Positions 62,301 through 64,000 of a DNA stretch of 64,000 bases are shown piece after piece (positions within the stretch are counted from its first letter, which is position 1; the number at the start of each line of letters is the position of its first letter). Source of the stretch: Nymphaea colorata (Eukaryota). Location: assembly GCF_008831285.2 (NCBI RefSeq), contig NC_045138.2, forward strand, positions 15,996,001 to 16,060,000. The letters are read 5' to 3'. The translations under genes were made by a program, and so were the position numbers. Under the pieces are notes generated by a model. The model was not told the DNA's origin. It saw only the letters and a list, made by a program, of their open reading frames with translations, and ran no database searches.

Positions 62301-62880
62301 TAAAGACACAAACACCTGAAATTTATCGGCCGACGTAGATAATGAAACCTATAGGTAGAGCAACCATCAACACAATGGGGAAACTAACGAAAGAACGCTA
62401 TCGGTGCAATTCGTAAAAGAACAACAAATTAGACTCGCGAAACACCTGATCGATTTGATCAGAGACCTGTTTCTTTTATCTTCGCTTACTCTAACATGAT
62501 ATCGCACCGATGACTAACACGTTCTTCTGTTCTTCGTCCCAATCCCCTCGTCCGTTACCTCGCTTACCTGGAGATAGTCTCCTCCGTTTTCTTCTGACTG
62601 TCCCTCTGTGCCTTATCTTTGATCTGCTGCAACGCTGAGATGATCCCCTTTATATCACTGTGAATCACCAAGAAAATTGTCCAAAGTCGATACTCTCGCT
62701 CAGAGATCGAGACAAATGGAAATAAACAAAGAGAGGGGAGAGAGAGAGGTGAAGCCTTGAGAATTCGCGATCGAACGGATCGTCGGCTTCCGCCTTCGTT
62801 CCTTGCTCCAGCGACGGATTCCGATGAGAATCGCCAGTTGCTCTCTCTCGCTTCCTGGTGCTCCCTTTGATCCCCGCCAT
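59347..62880 (-). CDS. ASY4: Meiotic chromosome-axis coiled-coil protein ASYNAPTIC4 (At2g33793-like), 217 aa, 8 exons
   Basis: Exons 62880-62756, 62657-62568, 61497-61438, 61327-61288, 61061-60968, 60882-60823, 60729-60638 and 59439-59347 join in frame: MAGIKGSTRKRER...DREFSSDIKGIISALQQIKDKAQRDSQKKTEETISSLASDIKSMVDEAKQKIDKDRQNFLKALMKSSKECENSLKDEASKFQALDDKFCKERTQHLQAFQNIFSKYEDEKEKLFVRYEQQRKKEKAMLANLEKACGDKIAAAECSLKKKKQDDKSFSILRKSLGSFLGGSSDDEYPPEEDE*. This matches recalled ASY4 motifs (DFKGIMSALQQ, KALSKSSKECENILKDE, DKTFSILRKTLGSFL..SDEEFPPDE). Intron 1 is GC-AG. Confidence 0.9.
60100..60280 (-). mobile_element. possible degenerate tRNA-derived SINE in ASY4 last intron
   Basis: The minus strand has a B-box-like CAGGGTTCACTCCC preceded by a weak A-box-like segment, in a GC-richer patch. 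No clear tail or TSD. Confidence 0.25.
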
Positions 62881-63100
62881 CACCAGAATTTCAAATTCGG
62901 TCTTCGCGCCTTCGTGTCCGCCAAATAAAATAAGGGCCTTGCTATTTATAGCCAAACCAGTGGACGGGTCGGACGGGTAGACGAGTTTGACTCCGTTTAG
63001 TTGGTCCAAACCCGCGGGCCCGTTGTCTGCCCCTTTTGTCTTTCTCAATGCTTTTAATAAACTTATGTTTTTATTATTCCCATAGAGTTGTATATAAGAG

Positions 63101-63379
63101 AAGATGGGGTTAAGCCTGGGCAGCCAGCGGGCGTTGAGCCCAAGCCCCAGCCCAGCTTAACACTTAAAACTCGAGCTCCAGCCTGACTTGAGCCTGCGCT
63201 CGGTTAGATTAAATTAATATATATATATATATATAATAAATCATAATAAAATATCATAATTATATATAAAAATCAACAAAATATATATTAAAAAAATATT
63301 ATAAAGCCAAACCGGGTTTATCGATACTAGGCCCAGTCGAACCGGGTTTATCGATACTAGGCCCGATGGCCCATTTTAG
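63101..63379. mobile_element. degenerate MITE-like element upstream of ASY4 with 30-bp-period tandem repeat
   Basis: GGCCC/AGCCC-rich ends around an AT-rich core, with AACCGGGTTTATCGATACTAGGCCC duplicated at 63310-63334 and 63340-63364. Confidence 0.45.
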
Positions 63380-64000
63380 TGAAACATACACCAAAAGTAA
63401 GCCAAATAAATTTGAGGACAAAAAAATATTGTTGCTTGCAATCAACAAATTTACACGACCTCACGTGACAAGAAAACCATGTTGAGTAGGTGACCCTTGT
63501 ACATTCCTTTATAAATTGCACTCCAACGTCAATCCTGCTGATGAGTGATTGATTGGGGTCATCTATGAATCATGTTCAAATCAGATGTAACATTTACAAA
63601 ATTTGATTTATAGGGATTTCATGTATTCATATTTGCATGCAAATAAGAAAATGATTATACTCTACCTACATCTAATTTTAGGTTGTGTTTGACAACTTCA
63701 TATTTCATATTGAAGCTGCATAAAAAGTCTGTTTAGCATGAATTTTAAATTCATACTACATGTTAAAAACCATGAACTTAAGTTGTGTTTGTTTTATCGT
63801 GAATATGAGATCTGTGGTGATCTAAAAATTGAGATCCATTAATTTAAGATAAGACGACACCTTTTATGTAGCGTTCTGAAGCTATCAAATCCACAATCAC
63901 CACAAATTTGAAACAAATACAACGTTAAAGTTGCGATCCGAATCTGATACTAATATAACTTTTAAATTTGCAAATGAATCCGAATCAGACTTTTAAATAT

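Overview
Eukaryotic nuclear DNA from a flowering plant. The (GA/CT)n-rich leaders, GC3-rich intronless genes and hAT/TRIM remnants suggest an early-diverging angiosperm such as a water lily, but this is a guess. I can reconstruct seven protein-coding genes by hand: (1) DYW2-type PLS/DYW PPR RNA-editing factor (-, 2747-4255); (2) PDS5B-like cohesin regulator (+, 7044-31111, about 31 coding exons, about 1445 aa); (3) P-class PPR (+, 32932-34992); (4) 60S acidic ribosomal protein P2 (-, 38128-42488); (5) glyoxal/aldehyde oxidase GLOX-like copper-radical oxidase (-, 47898-49616); (6) double START/polyketide-cyclase-domain protein, At5g08720-like (+, 52652-59219); (7) the meiotic axis protein ASY4 (-, 59347-62880), which the ORF track nearly misses and which needs a GC-AG first intron. 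Non-coding DNA holds a complete TRIM retroelement, a solo LTR with a perfect TSD, two hAT-type elements with perfect 8-bp TSDs, a MULE-like relic and microsatellites. I found no clear previously undescribed biological system. The best leads are regulatory: an antisense solo LTR with three MSA (G2/M) motifs inside PDS5B, the GC-AG intron and tail-to-tail proximity of ASY4, and putative spliced 3' UTRs of the PPR genes. Homology calls come from recalled family sequences, not from database searches.
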